Shown here one piece after another: positions 40,668 through 49,930 of a DNA stretch of 50,196 bases (position 1 is the stretch's first letter; each line of letters begins with the position of its first letter). Location of the stretch: the IMG/VR virus record IMGVR_UViG_3300006149_000020. One strand, written 5' to 3'. The translations under genes and the position numbers were made by a program. The notes under the pieces were generated by a model. That model was given only the letters and a program-made list of their open reading frames with translations, searched no databases and was not told where the DNA came from. Source of the stretch: a virus.

Positions 40668-41874
40668 CATCACGAAGCTGAACGGATACGAGGTCCCAGT
40701 GGTGGACGTAGTGATCGGCGGGAGCCCATGCCAGGATCTGAGCATCGCGGGGAAGCGGGCGGGGCTGGCGGGGGCGCGGAGCGGGCTTTTCATGGAGCAG
40801 GTCAGGATCGTGAAGGAGATGAGGGAGGCAGATGCAGGTCGAGGCCATGCAGGAGAGCTTGTTCGACCCCGATACATGGTGTGGGAGAACGTCGTCGGAG
40901 CCTTTAGTTCCAACAAGGGAGACGACTTCCGGGCGGTCCTCGAAGAGACGATCCGGATCGCAGCCCCGGACGCTCCCGACGTTCCATTACCTGCAAAGGG
41001 ACGCTGGCCTTTGGCAGACTGCTGGATGGGGGACGGCTGGTCCGTCGCCTACCGAGTTCTCGACGCACAGTTTTGGGGAGTGCCCCAGCGCCGCCGTAGG
41101 ATCGCGCTTGTCGCAGATCTTGGAGGACACGCCGCACCGGAGATACTCTTTGTCCGCAAAGGCGTGTCGGGGGATCCTGACGAGGGCGGAGCGGCGGGGC
41201 AAGCCGCTGCCGCCGGAGCTGAAGGAGGCGCTGGAGCGGCAGTCGCGCTCCGGATGAGGTCCGGACGCGAGGGCGGCGGCAAGGGAGCACTGGTCCAGGT
41301 GGAGAAGAGCGGGACGCTGGGGTGTAACAACGATCAGACGATCTTCCGTCTTTGTGCCGGGTTCAAACCGCACACCGGGGCGAGCGCGGGGAGCATCGGT
41401 TATCAGGAGGAGATGGCGCCCACCATCGACACGGGGAAGCCGATGGCCGTATACGATCCCGGGAGGCCCGCCTGTGCGGAGGTATGCCGCCTGACGCCGC
41501 TGGAATGCGAACGCCTCCAGGGCTTCCCGGACGGATGGACGGACATAGGGCCGTGGAGGGACAGCGCGGGGAAGCTCCACAAGCAGAGCAGCGACAGCGC
41601 ACGCTACAAGGCCCTGGGGAACTCCATCGCCCTGCCGCCCTGGGCCTGGGTGTTGAAGCGTCTGTGCGCCTGCTATGAGCGGCCCGCGACCATGGCCAGC
41701 CTGTTCGACGGGATCGGCGGCTTCCCGCTGATCTGGGAGCGGCTGAACGGCCCGGGCTCCTGCCTGTGGGCCAGCGAGATCGAAGAGTTCCCCATGGCGG
41801 TCACCGCATATCATTTTGGAGAGCCGCAGGAACGATGGAGAGGAGGGACGGCATATGGGCCGCTACTATTATGA
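40651..41874 (+). CDS. DNA (cytosine-5) methyltransferase with permuted motif order (III-X then I-II)
   Basis: HLGDIT (III), GGSPCQDLS (IV), WENV (VI), GVPQRRRRIALV (VIII), RLTPLECERLQGFP (IX), ALGNSIALP (X), then MASLFDGIGGF (I) and WASEIEEF (II) at the C-terminus. Confidence 0.8.
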   Translation: MEHLGDITKLNGYEVPVVDVVIGGSPCQDLSIAGKRAGLAGARSGLFMEQVRIVKEMREADAGRGHAGELVRPRYMVWENVVGAFSSNKGDDFRAVLEETIRIAAPDAPDVPLPAKGRWPLADCWMGDGWSVAYRVLDAQFWGVPQRRRRIALVADLGGHAAPEILFVRKGVSGDPDEGGAAGQAAAAGAEGGAGAAVALRMRSGREGGGKGALVQVEKSGTLGCNNDQTIFRLCAGFKPHTGASAGSIGYQEEMAPTIDTGKPMAVYDPGRPACAEVCRLTPLECERLQGFPDGWTDIGPWRDSAGKLHKQSSDSARYKALGNSIALPPWAWVLKRLCACYERPATMASLFDGIGGFPLIWERLNGPGSCLWASEIEEFPMAVTAYHFGEPQERWRGGTAYGPLLL

Positions 41875-42004
41875 CATGGCAGGGATACGGGGCCGCGAGC
41901 TTCCGGAGCGTTCGCTGGAGCCGCCGGATTGTTGGCGGGAGGGGCCGGAGGAAGAGGAGGACGAGGAGGTAGATCGAGATGTCAGTCAAGATCGTGAGAT
42001 TTGA
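41855..42004 (+). CDS. Small acidic hypothetical protein (49 aa)
   Basis: GGAGAGGAGGGA RBS. MGRYYYDMAGIRGRELPERSLEPPDCWREGPEEEEDEE... Confidence 0.4.
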   Translation: MGRYYYDMAGIRGRELPERSLEPPDCWREGPEEEEDEEVDRDVSQDREI

Positions 42005-43241
42005 AGCCGAGAACGTCAAAAGGATAAGAGCGATACAGATCGTTCCGTTCGAAAATGGCCTTACAGTGATTGGAGGCCGCAACAACCAGGGCAAGACCTC
42101 GGGCTTGGACGCTATCATGTGGGCGCTGGGCGGGGACCGCTACCGACCCTCACAAGTCCAGAGGGAAGGTTCTGTCCTCTCGCCCCGACTCCGCCTAGAG
42201 CTCAGCAACGGCATCATCGTGGAGCGGTCGGGCAAGAACAGCGCTTTGAAAGTGACGGACGCCTCGGGCCGTAAGGCGGGCCAGCAGTTGCTCGATTCCT
42301 TTGTAGAGCAATTGGCCCTTGACATGCCCCGGTTCATGCGGTCGTCTGGCAGGGAAAAGGCCGCTGCCCTGCTGCACATCATCGGCCTAGAGGAGCAGGT
42401 AGAAAAGTTAGAGTGGCAGGAAAAGGAATTGTATGATCGACGCCGCGCTATCGGCCAGATCGCCGACCAGAAAGCGAAGCATGCCAAGGAGCTACCCAAC
42501 TTCCCAGAGGCCCCCGCTGAGCCGATCTCCGCCTATGACCTGATCCGACGCCAGCAGGACATCCTTGCCCGGAACGGTGAGAACCAGCGCAAGCGGGAAC
42601 GGATCGCCCGGCTGGAGCAGGAGAAGAAAGCCTTATATCACCAGTTAGAGGAATTGAGCGCGAAGTATACCACTGTGTGCCAAGACTGGGAGATCGCTCA
42701 GAAGTCAGCGCTCGATCTGGTAGACGAGTCTACGGAGCAGCTAGAGGCCGATATCCGAAACGTAGAGACCATCAATGCCAAGGTCCGTACCAATCAGGAC
42801 AAGGCCCGGGCAGAAGCTGAGGCCAAGGAGTGCAACGACCAATACGCCAGCCTGACAGTACAGTTGGAAGCTATACGCCGGCAAAAAACGGATCTCCTGC
42901 AAAATGCGAGCTTGCCTCTTGACGGACTTTCTGTAGAGAACGGTGAGCTGACTTATCATGGGAAGTCATGGGACTGTATGAGCGGGAGCGACCAATTGAA
43001 GGTATCCACTGCGATCGTTCGAGCGCTGAAGCCAGAGTGTGGGTTCGTGCTCCTGGACAAACTGGAACAGATGGACTTGGAGGCGCTGCGGGAGTTCTCA
43101 GCCTGGATGGAGACCGAAGGGCTGCAGGGGATCGCCACCCGTGTGTCTACTGGCGAGGAATGCTCCATCATCATCGAGGACGGCTGCGTCAAGGGCCAGG
43201 ATACCTCGATCGCCCCATCATGGAAGGACGGTGAGTTTTGA
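41979..43241 (+). CDS. SMC/SbcC-like AAA ATPase (recombination module)
   Basis: Walker A GGRNNQGKTS, central coiled coil, C-terminal FVLLDKLEQMD. Confidence 0.75.
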   Translation: MSVKIVRFEAENVKRIRAIQIVPFENGLTVIGGRNNQGKTSGLDAIMWALGGDRYRPSQVQREGSVLSPRLRLELSNGIIVERSGKNSALKVTDASGRKAGQQLLDSFVEQLALDMPRFMRSSGREKAAALLHIIGLEEQVEKLEWQEKELYDRRRAIGQIADQKAKHAKELPNFPEAPAEPISAYDLIRRQQDILARNGENQRKRERIARLEQEKKALYHQLEELSAKYTTVCQDWEIAQKSALDLVDESTEQLEADIRNVETINAKVRTNQDKARAEAEAKECNDQYASLTVQLEAIRRQKTDLLQNASLPLDGLSVENGELTYHGKSWDCMSGSDQLKVSTAIVRALKPECGFVLLDKLEQMDLEALREFSAWMETEGLQGIATRVSTGEECSIIIEDGCVKGQDTSIAPSWKDGEF

Positions 43242-44320
43242 TGAACATAACGAGAGGAAAGATCCCATCTGCCAAAAAGATCGTCGTGTATGGCACTGAG
43301 GGCATCGGGAAGAGCACCTTTGCCTCAAAGTTTCCCGATCCAATATTCATCGATACTGAGGAGGGCACCAAGGAGTTGGACGTGGCCCGGTTCGACAAGC
43401 CCTCATCGTGGACGATGCTGCTGGAGCAAGTGAAGTATGTGATCGCTCATCCCGATCGCTGTAAAACGCTGGTGATCGATACGGCAGACTGGGCAGAACA
43501 GCTTGAGATTGTAGAGCTTTGCGCAGCCAGGGGGTGGAAAGGACTGGAAGATGCAGGGTACGGGAAAGGCTATCAGTATAGCGCGGAAGAGTTTGGGAAA
43601 CTTTTGGATCTGCTTTCAGAAGTCACACGAAAAGCGATCAACGTGGTGGTGACCGCCCATGCATGGCTGCGCAGGGTAGAACTGCCTGATGAGATAGGGG
43701 CATACGATCATTGGGAGATGAAGACGTCCAAAAAAGTGGCCCCTCTCATTCGGGAATGGGCCGACGCGGTGCTTTTCGCCAACTACAAGACCATCGTGGT
43801 CAATGTAGACGGGCAGGGAGCACAAAAGGGCAAGAACAAGGCGCAAGGAGGCAAGCGGGTGGTGTACACCACTCACACCCCCTTCTGGGACGCCAAGAAC
43901 CGGATGGGCCTGCCGGATGAGATGCCTTTGGATCTCGATGCCTTCAGGCCGTATCTGTTCCCAAAGGGCGTCGAGGGCACGGCCTCTGGACCTGCCCCGA
44001 GCGAGATGCCTGCGCCATCATCCCTCACGTCGAAAGAAGATGCATCCGCGCCGGCTGCCCCTCCGGCGGAGCCCGCCAAAGCGTCTGCGCAAGAGGACGG
44101 CGTATATGTCCCCGATGTGCTCCGGCCCTTACTGGAAAGTGCGTCTGTGACAGAGCAAGAGGTCCGCCAGGTGATAGACAAGCGGCAGAAGCGCTATTTC
44201 CCTATGGGGACCACCTGGGAGGCCATGGAAAAAGCGGGGTTCGTGGGCGGCTGGGTCCTTCCCAACTGGGAGAAGATCGTGCAGATGATCCAAGACGACC
44301 CAGACAGACTGCCTTTTTGA
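43241..44320 (+). CDS. AAA_24 / Sak4-like RecA-fold ATPase
   Basis: Walker A VYGTEGIGKST, Walker B TLVIDTADW. TGATG coupling. Confidence 0.75.
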   Translation: MNITRGKIPSAKKIVVYGTEGIGKSTFASKFPDPIFIDTEEGTKELDVARFDKPSSWTMLLEQVKYVIAHPDRCKTLVIDTADWAEQLEIVELCAARGWKGLEDAGYGKGYQYSAEEFGKLLDLLSEVTRKAINVVVTAHAWLRRVELPDEIGAYDHWEMKTSKKVAPLIREWADAVLFANYKTIVVNVDGQGAQKGKNKAQGGKRVVYTTHTPFWDAKNRMGLPDEMPLDLDAFRPYLFPKGVEGTASGPAPSEMPAPSSLTSKEDASAPAAPPAEPAKASAQEDGVYVPDVLRPLLESASVTEQEVRQVIDKRQKRYFPMGTTWEAMEKAGFVGGWVLPNWEKIVQMIQDDPDRLPF

Positions 44321-44376
44321 GTGCGAACGACCGGGGGATGTCCCCCATCTACATCAAGATCTGAGGAGGTCTACAT

Positions 44377-44877
44377 ATGAACGACTACATGAACGTCCCC
44401 CACGAATTGGGCTGGGAAGATGAGATCAGGAGCGACTCTGGGAACTATGTGCTGCTGGAAGAAGGAGACTATGAGTTCACCGTCACTGCGTTCGAGCGAG
44501 GCAGGTTCCCCGGTTCGGCCAAGATCCCGCCCTGCAACAAGGCGATGCTCTCCCTGTCGGTGGACACGCCGGCAGGTACGGCCACAGTGAAGTATGACCT
44601 GATCCTTTACTCCAGTATGGAGTGGAAGCTGTCCGAATTCTTCCGAGCCATCGGTCAAAAGAAGCATGGAGAGCCCCTGCGCCCGCGGTGGAACGAGTTG
44701 ATAGGATCTCGCGGCCGGGGCCGTTTCAAGACGCGTACTTATACGAAAAAAGACGGCAGCGAGGGGAAGGCCAACGATGTGGAACGACTCTACGACTATG
44801 AGCCCGCAGCGATGGGCGCAGGCGGTTGGACCGATGCAGGGAGCATGACCACGCCCTGGGACCAGGGGGCGTTCTGA
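44377..44877 (+). CDS. DUF669-type protein (ssDNA-binding-like companion of Sak4 modules)
   Basis: Position between the AAA_24 ATPase and the helicase. GDYEFTVTAFERG...KYDLILYSSMEWKLSEFFRAIG. Confidence 0.6.
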   Translation: MNDYMNVPHELGWEDEIRSDSGNYVLLEEGDYEFTVTAFERGRFPGSAKIPPCNKAMLSLSVDTPAGTATVKYDLILYSSMEWKLSEFFRAIGQKKHGEPLRPRWNELIGSRGRGRFKTRTYTKKDGSEGKANDVERLYDYEPAAMGAGGWTDAGSMTTPWDQGAF

Positions 44878-46466
44878 TGGAACTGCGGCCTTATCAGAAG
44901 GAGGCGCTGGATGCTGTCGAGAACGACTGGGCATCAGGTTTTCCCCGGACGCTGCTGGTGCTCCCCACAGGGTGCGGCAAGACCATCGTGTTCTGCAAGA
45001 TCGTGGAGGACATGGTGCGGCAGGGGAACAGGTGCCTCATATTGGCCCATCGTGGCGAGCTGCTCGATCAGGCGGCGGACAAGCTCCTCCAAGCCACAGG
45101 TCTGGGCTGTGCAGTAGAAAAAGCGGAGAAGACCTGTATCGGGAGTTGGTATCGGGTCGTGGTCGGTTCGGTACAGAGCTTGATGAGAGGAGCCCGGCTG
45201 GACCGGTTCCCGTCGGACTATTTCGATGTCATCGTTGTGGACGAAGCCCATCATGTGCTGTCTGACGGCTACCAGCGTGTGCTCACCCATTTCGAAGAGG
45301 CTAGGGTGCTGGGCGTCACGGCGACCCCCGACCGGGGAGACATGCGATCCCTCGGCCAATACTTTGAACACCTGGCCTATGAGTATACCATGCCCAGAGC
45401 AATCAAGGACGGATTCCTGTGCCCCATCAAAGCGGTCACTATCCCCCTTGCGCTCGACCTCTCCCATGTGGGAGTGCAGGCGGGCGACTTCAAGAATTCC
45501 GACATCGATACGGCCCTTGGCCCCTACCTGCACCAGATAGCCCAGGAGATGCGCACGTATTGCGAGGGCCGTAAGACGGTGGTGTTCCTGCCACTGGTAC
45601 GGACTTCCCAAAAGTTCCGGGATATCCTCAACGCTCAAGGGTTCCGGGCTGCAGAAGTCAACGGCAACAGCCAAGATCGGACCGTTGTCCTCCAGGACTT
45701 CGAGGATGGGAGATACGATGTCCTGTGCAACTCCATGCTGCTGACCGAGGGCTGGGACTGCCCCAGTGTGGACTGCGTGGTGGTGCTGCGGCCTACCAAA
45801 GTGCGGAGCCTGTATAGTCAGATGGTGGGAAGGGGGACCCGGCTGTCTCCTGGGAAAGAGGACCTGTTGCTCTTGGATTTCCTATGGCACACCGAACGCC
45901 ATGAACTATGCCACCCGGCGGACCTGATCTGCGGATCGGACGAGGTCGCCCGGAAGATGACCGAGAACATCGAGGCGGCAGGCTGCCCAGTGGACATCGA
46001 AGAAGCAGAGAAAAAGGCCAGCGAGGATGTCGTGGCCCAACGGGAGGAGTCACTGGCAAAGCAGTTGTCGAAAATGCGAAGCCGAAAACTCAAGCTGGTG
46101 GATCCGCTGCAATTCGAGATGTCTATCCAGGCGGAGGACCTGTCCAGTTATGTGCCCTCCTTTGGCTGGGAGCTGGGCCCGCCCAGCGACGCTCAGCGGG
46201 GGGCATTGGAAAAGTTCGGGATCATGCCGGACGAGATCGAAAGTGCCGGGAAGGCGTCCCTGCTGCTGGACCGGTTGAAAAAACGTCAGAACGAGGGACT
46301 GTCCAGGCCGAAGCAGATCCGGGTCCTGGAGCGGTACGGGTTCCAGCACGTCGGGCGGTGGTCTTTCGATGCGGCGAGCCACATGATCGACCGGATCGCC
46401 GCGATGGGATGGAGAGGCGTGCCTAGAGGTGTGGAGCCCTCCACTTATCGCCCTGAGGAGGGATGA
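44877..46466 (+). CDS. Superfamily-2 DEAD/DEAH-box helicase
   Basis: RPYQ, LPTGCGKT (I), VVDEAHH (II), GVTATP (III), and C-terminal helicase motifs (TEGWDCP, QMVGRGTR). Confidence 0.85.
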   Translation: MELRPYQKEALDAVENDWASGFPRTLLVLPTGCGKTIVFCKIVEDMVRQGNRCLILAHRGELLDQAADKLLQATGLGCAVEKAEKTCIGSWYRVVVGSVQSLMRGARLDRFPSDYFDVIVVDEAHHVLSDGYQRVLTHFEEARVLGVTATPDRGDMRSLGQYFEHLAYEYTMPRAIKDGFLCPIKAVTIPLALDLSHVGVQAGDFKNSDIDTALGPYLHQIAQEMRTYCEGRKTVVFLPLVRTSQKFRDILNAQGFRAAEVNGNSQDRTVVLQDFEDGRYDVLCNSMLLTEGWDCPSVDCVVVLRPTKVRSLYSQMVGRGTRLSPGKEDLLLLDFLWHTERHELCHPADLICGSDEVARKMTENIEAAGCPVDIEEAEKKASEDVVAQREESLAKQLSKMRSRKLKLVDPLQFEMSIQAEDLSSYVPSFGWELGPPSDAQRGALEKFGIMPDEIESAGKASLLLDRLKKRQNEGLSRPKQIRVLERYGFQHVGRWSFDAASHMIDRIAAMGWRGVPRGVEPSTYRPEEG

Positions 46467-46469
46467 TCG

Positions 46470-48731
46470 GTGGAGGACGGCCTGGACCTGCTGGATGCGC
46501 TGGTACATATCGATCCAAAGTCCCTGTCCTACCAAGAATGGCTCAGTGTGGGCATGGGGCTGAAGGAGGCGGGCTGTCCCGTCGCCGCCTGGGAGGAGTG
46601 GAGCCAACGGGACAGCGGGCGGTACCATCCCGGCGAATGTCAGAAGAAATGGAGCGGTTTTCGCGGCAATGCCAACCCCATCACGGCGGGCACCATCGTA
46701 CGGATGGCCCGAGACAACGGCTGGAGACCGGCCCGGGCGGGCCACACGCTGGATTGGGACGACATGATCGAGGCGGACAGGGATATGGTAGTGGTAGATC
46801 AGGACTGGATAGAGACCCGTGAGGTGGACGAGCCTCAGGTCTGGGATCCAGCCCAGGAGTTAGTCTCCTACCTCAAGGCCCTGTTCGATGACGGCGATCA
46901 TGTCGGTTATGTGAACCACAGCTTTGTGGACGAGGATGGACGGTATAAGCCAAGATCCAAGGGTTGCTTTGACCGCACAGCCGGAAAACTGATCCAAGAG
47001 TTGAGCAAATGTAAGGGGGACCTGGGCGCAGTGCTGGGGGACTACGACCCGGAGGCGGGGGCCTGGATCCGGTTCAATCCTCTGGATGGCCGGGGCGTGA
47101 AGAACGAGAACGTCACAGATTTCCGTTATGCCCTGGTGGAGTCGGATACGCTCCCCATAGAAAAACAGGATGCGATCATCCGAGAGCTGGAACTGCCGGT
47201 GGCGGCGTTGGTGCACTCTGGAGGGAAGAGCCTACACGCTATCGTACGTATCGACGCGTCCAGCTATGAAGAGTATCGCAAACGGGTGGACTACCTGTAC
47301 AGCGTGTGCCAGAAAAACGGCCTGGAGATCGACCGGCAAAATCGGAACCCTTCCAGGCTCAGCCGTATGCCTGGAGTCATCAGGAATGGTCACAAACAGT
47401 TTTTGGCCGGCACCAACATCGGGAAAGGCTCTTGGAACGAGTGGAGGGATTGGATCGAGAGTGTCAGCGACGATCTGCCGGACCCGGAAAATATGGCCGT
47501 CACTTGGGACGATCTGCCCCAGTTGGCTCCGCCTCTGATCGAAGGGGTCTTGCGTCGAGGGCACAAACTGCTCCTGGCCGGGCCGAGCAAGGCCGGCAAA
47601 TCCTATGCCCTCATCGAACTTTGCTGTTCTATCGCCGAGGGGCGGCCGTGGCTGGGCTTCCCCTGCGCCCAGGGGCGTGTGCTGTATGTCAACCTGGAGC
47701 TGGATAGGGCCTCCTGCCTGCACCGTTTCCGAGATGTGTATGAGGCCCTGGGATATCCCCCTCGACACCTGGGGAACATCGATGTCTGGAACCTCCGTGG
47801 CCGCTCTATCCCCATGGACAAGCTGGCCCCCAAGCTGATACGTCGGGCCGCGAAAAAGAACTATATCGCGATCGTCATCGACCCGATCTACAAAGTGATC
47901 ACCGGCGACGAGAACAGCGCCGACCAGATGGCCCGATTCTGCAATCAGTTCGACAAGGTGTGCACCGAGCTGGGCTGCGCGGTGATCTACTGCCACCACC
48001 ACTCCAAGGGCAGCCAGGGGGGCAAGCGGGCCATGGACCGGGCCAGCGGTTCCGGGGTGTTCGCCCGGGACCCCGATGCCCTGCTGGACCTCATCGAACT
48101 GCCCATATCGGAGGACCTGCGCAAGCAGGAGATCAATAATGCTGTTGGCCGGACCTGCGCCGCGTACCTTGAAGGTATAGGAAGAACAGACGAGGTCGAC
48201 CCGGACCTCCTGTACAGCGAGAAGACCGCTCTGGCTGCCTGTGAGGAGGTGCTGGCCCCTGGGGGATACCAGGCCCTGCTGGAGTGTGTCAAGGCCGCGA
48301 AACAGGGCGCAGCGGCTCGCACGGCATGGCGCATCGAGGGCACCCTGCGGGAATTCCCGCGGTTTGCTCCGATAGACCTGTGGTTCGACTATCCCATCCA
48401 CCTTGTAGACCGAAGCGGCGTGTTGGGGGATGTGGACCCGGAGAAGGAGCAGCCTGTTTGGCGGAAAAAAGGAACGCCGACCGAGCCGAAAAAAGACCGG
48501 CGGAGGGAGCGTATGGATGCGCTGGACAAGGCGTTCGCCGCATGTGACATGGCTGGGACAGGGTGTGTACCGCTGGCTGATCTCATCAACTATATGGGAA
48601 GATCGAAGAATACGGTCCGAGATCATGTGGATGAGCATCCAGGTTTTGAACGGACCAAGGATGGGGTCAGAAGGGTCAAAAAGGATGATCCTGGGAATCG
48701 ACCCCAGGGGTCGATCATGGGGTCAGAATGA
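46470..48731 (+). CDS. Primase-polymerase fused to an AAA_25/RepA-like helicase domain
   Basis: PriCT-2-like N-terminus (SYQEWLSVGMGLKEAGC...WSGF), primase core (VHSGGKSLHAIVRID), Walker A GPSKAGKS, Walker B AIVIDP. GTG start after GAGGAGGG. Confidence 0.8.
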   Translation: MEDGLDLLDALVHIDPKSLSYQEWLSVGMGLKEAGCPVAAWEEWSQRDSGRYHPGECQKKWSGFRGNANPITAGTIVRMARDNGWRPARAGHTLDWDDMIEADRDMVVVDQDWIETREVDEPQVWDPAQELVSYLKALFDDGDHVGYVNHSFVDEDGRYKPRSKGCFDRTAGKLIQELSKCKGDLGAVLGDYDPEAGAWIRFNPLDGRGVKNENVTDFRYALVESDTLPIEKQDAIIRELELPVAALVHSGGKSLHAIVRIDASSYEEYRKRVDYLYSVCQKNGLEIDRQNRNPSRLSRMPGVIRNGHKQFLAGTNIGKGSWNEWRDWIESVSDDLPDPENMAVTWDDLPQLAPPLIEGVLRRGHKLLLAGPSKAGKSYALIELCCSIAEGRPWLGFPCAQGRVLYVNLELDRASCLHRFRDVYEALGYPPRHLGNIDVWNLRGRSIPMDKLAPKLIRRAAKKNYIAIVIDPIYKVITGDENSADQMARFCNQFDKVCTELGCAVIYCHHHSKGSQGGKRAMDRASGSGVFARDPDALLDLIELPISEDLRKQEINNAVGRTCAAYLEGIGRTDEVDPDLLYSEKTALAACEEVLAPGGYQALLECVKAAKQGAAARTAWRIEGTLREFPRFAPIDLWFDYPIHLVDRSGVLGDVDPEKEQPVWRKKGTPTEPKKDRRRERMDALDKAFAACDMAGTGCVPLADLINYMGRSKNTVRDHVDEHPGFERTKDGVRRVKKDDPGNRPQGSIMGSE

Positions 48732-48930
48732 TCTCTATAAAATTGACCCTGGGATAATAAACAAAAATGTAATTGATAGAGCGTATATATTTGTGCATGA
48801 TTGCGGGTCGATCTAGGGGTCAGAAATCAGATCGACCCCTGTAAAAACTGACCGGGTGGGGTCAAAAAACAGGGGTCAAAAAGCCCCTCTTATAGAGGGG
48901 CTTTTTGACCCCCCCTGTTTTTGACCGTAC
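48663..48930. repeat. Iteron-like cluster of GGGGTCA(A/G)AA / TTTGACCCC motifs with nested palindromes (candidate origin)
   Basis: At least 12 copies in both orientations. Includes CGACCCC-A-GGGGTCG (48699-48713), GGGTCGATCT...AGATCGACCC (48805-48838) and a ~70-bp imperfect palindrome (48858-48926). Confidence 0.6.
48878..48906. terminator. Bidirectional rho-independent terminator at the palindrome centre
   Basis: AAAAA-GCCCCTCT-tat-AGAGGGGC-TTTTT. Confidence 0.6.
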
Positions 48931-48979
48931 CACCACTTAGCGCGTGAAAACAAGTGACACTTTAGTGAGGTAAAGATAC

Positions 48980-49420
48980 ATGAGGGTCGAATTTTTTATG
49001 CCGATGCGTCCGCCTACCGCCACCCACCAGGAGAAGCAGATCAAAGTGGTCAAGGGGAAGCCTGTGTTCTACGATCCGCCGGAGGTGATGGCTGCTCGGT
49101 CCAAACTCACCGCCCATCTAGCTGGACACCGCCCGGAGCGGCCACTGGTGGGAGCAGTGAGGCTGATGGCGAAATGGTGTTTCCCCCTGTGTGGCGATCA
49201 CTATGATGGCGAGTACCGCATCTCTCCACCAGATACCGACAACTTGAACAAGCTGCTGAAGGACTGCATGACCGCAGTGGGGTTCTGGAAGGATGACGCG
49301 CAGGTGGCTTCGGAGCTCTGCGAAAAGTTTTGGGCCAAGGTGCCGGGGATCTATATCCTTTTGGAAAGACTGGGGGGAAGTCGAAATGATGATACTGACG
49401 TTTCAGATGGATCGTGCTAG
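48980..49420 (+). CDS. rusA: RusA-family Holliday junction resolvase
   Basis: PPDTDNLNKLLKDCMTAVGFWKDDAQV motif. ~146 aa. Confidence 0.75.
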   Translation: MRVEFFMPMRPPTATHQEKQIKVVKGKPVFYDPPEVMAARSKLTAHLAGHRPERPLVGAVRLMAKWCFPLCGDHYDGEYRISPPDTDNLNKLLKDCMTAVGFWKDDAQVASELCEKFWAKVPGIYILLERLGGSRNDDTDVSDGSC

Positions 49421-49553
49421 TGAGTATGTCCCAGGCATGAAAGAGTCCATCGCAATGTTCTTGGAGCGGTGGGGCGACGTTCGGCTGGTCGATGTCCGGG
49501 AGGTCCGGCGGACCGCGCCGGAACAAATGAAGATCGAGGAGGTGACGATATGA
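49386..49553 (+). CDS. Small hypothetical protein (55 aa)
   Basis: Overlaps the rusA 3' end. MMILTFQMDRASEYVPGMKESIAMFLERWGDVRLVDVREV... Confidence 0.4.
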   Translation: MMILTFQMDRASEYVPGMKESIAMFLERWGDVRLVDVREVRRTAPEQMKIEEVTI

Positions 49554-49930
49554 CAGGCCTTTCGATCGCGGTCGAGCTGAACGACCCATATGGGATCAGC
49601 CATGCCGTCAGGCCGTGGGTCAGCCCGCCGGACCCGCCGGAGCAGGTACATACCTGCGACCCGCAGGCGGCGATCGACCGCTGCCTCGACTGCAAACGGG
49701 AACGCAGCTATGGGAACTGTGCGCCGCACGAGGGAGAGCAGACGAGGACATGGGGATGCTATGACGAGCTCGACGACCAGATAGATGCCCTGCTGCGCGC
49801 CGGTTTGAGGAGCGGCCCCATTTGCCAGGAGCTCGGGATCGCGATGAAGGAGCTCAAGAACGCGAAGGCGAGGCTGCGCTACAAGGCCGGACGCGACGCA
49901 GCGGAGGGGAAGAGGGGGGAAGACGGATGA
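49550..49930 (+). CDS. Hypothetical protein (126 aa)
   Basis: ATGA-coupled. ...CDPQAAIDRCLDCKRERSYGNCAPH...ICQELGIAMKELKNAKARLRYKAG (possible C-terminal HTH). Confidence 0.45.
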   Translation: MTGLSIAVELNDPYGISHAVRPWVSPPDPPEQVHTCDPQAAIDRCLDCKRERSYGNCAPHEGEQTRTWGCYDELDDQIDALLRAGLRSGPICQELGIAMKELKNAKARLRYKAGRDAAEGKRGEDG

